In this document: one piece after another, positions 4,406-4,556 of the stretch | How the letters are laid out: each line of letters opens with the position of its first letter | Position numbering within the stretch: the first letter of the stretch is position 1 | Program-made: the position numbers and the translations under genes | Virus record (IMG/VR): IMGVR_UViG_2671180577_000008 | Strand: one strand, 5' to 3' | Length of the DNA stretch: 4,556 bases | Origin: a virus | Taxonomy: Duplodnaviria > Heunggongvirae > Uroviricota > Caudoviricetes | Notes under the pieces: generated by a model | What the model was told of the DNA's origin: nothing | The model's input: only the letters and a program-made list of their open reading frames with translations | The model's database searches: none

Positions 4406-4556
4406 TGAACCGCCCCGGGAATCCTGGAGACTAAACTTCCTGAGAAAGAGGTAAACAGGATGACTAAAAATACTCGTTTTTCCCCTGAAGTCCGTCAACG
4501 GGCAGTCCGTATGGTTCTGGAAAGTCAGGGCGAATATGACTCACAATGGGCGACAA
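4406..4556 (+). mobile_element. IS629-like (IS3 family; IS629/IS1203) insertion sequence, left end only; element continues beyond the window
   Basis: Terminal TGAACCGCCCCGGGAATCCTGGAGACTAAACTTCC... begins at 4406 (IS3-family TG terminus) and is followed by the orfA start; matches the IS629 left end as recalled. Confidence 0.75.
4460..4556 (+). CDS. IS3-family transposase OrfA (IS629 orfA), N-terminal 32 codons; 3' partial
   Basis: ATG at 4460 with AGAGG/CAGGA SD upstream. Translation [32 protein letters not shown], the helix-turn-helix N-terminus recalled for IS629/IS1203 OrfA. Open to the window end. Confidence 0.8.
   Translation, partial: MTKNTRFSPEVRQRAVRMVLESQGEYDSQWAT

Noticed and set aside
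4274-4498. 74-aa minus ORF spanning the IS629 boundary
   Set aside because: Its N-terminal part is read from the antisense of the IS terminus and orfA start, so it is an artefactual fusion. Only the 4274-4405 part is kept, as a possible gene remnant.
1-4556. CRISPR arrays, rRNA or tandem repeats
   Set aside because: No direct repeat/spacer periodicity and no rRNA-like segments seen. The only repeats are the homopolymers and palindromes reported above.

Overview
This window reads as the Q-proximal late-control region of a lambdoid (Stx-phage-like) prophage of E. coli/Shigella, with every phage gene on the minus strand. In phage order (high to low coordinate): an IS629-like left end (4406-4556, plus strand) inserted in the nin region and apparently truncating a gene; a 92-aa hypothetical ORF; a DUF968/YdfU-like protein with two Cys/His HNH-like motifs; RusA resolvase; a Q-type antiterminator; a candidate late promoter pR' and tR' terminator; a three-gene tRNA cluster with its own promoter (ileZ-like tRNA-Ile2 CAU, a degenerate argN-like tRNA, argO-like tRNA-Arg UCU); then, in the slot where Stx phages carry stxAB, a TerB-family gene broken by a homopolymer frameshift and an in-frame amber codon, coupled to a 55-aa hydrophobic ORF; a strong terminator; and the 5' end of a NanS-p-like sialate O-acetylesterase gene. 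There are no stx genes, CRISPR arrays or rRNA. All calls come from reading and translating the sequence by hand; family names are recalled from motifs and gene order, and no database search or folding program was run.
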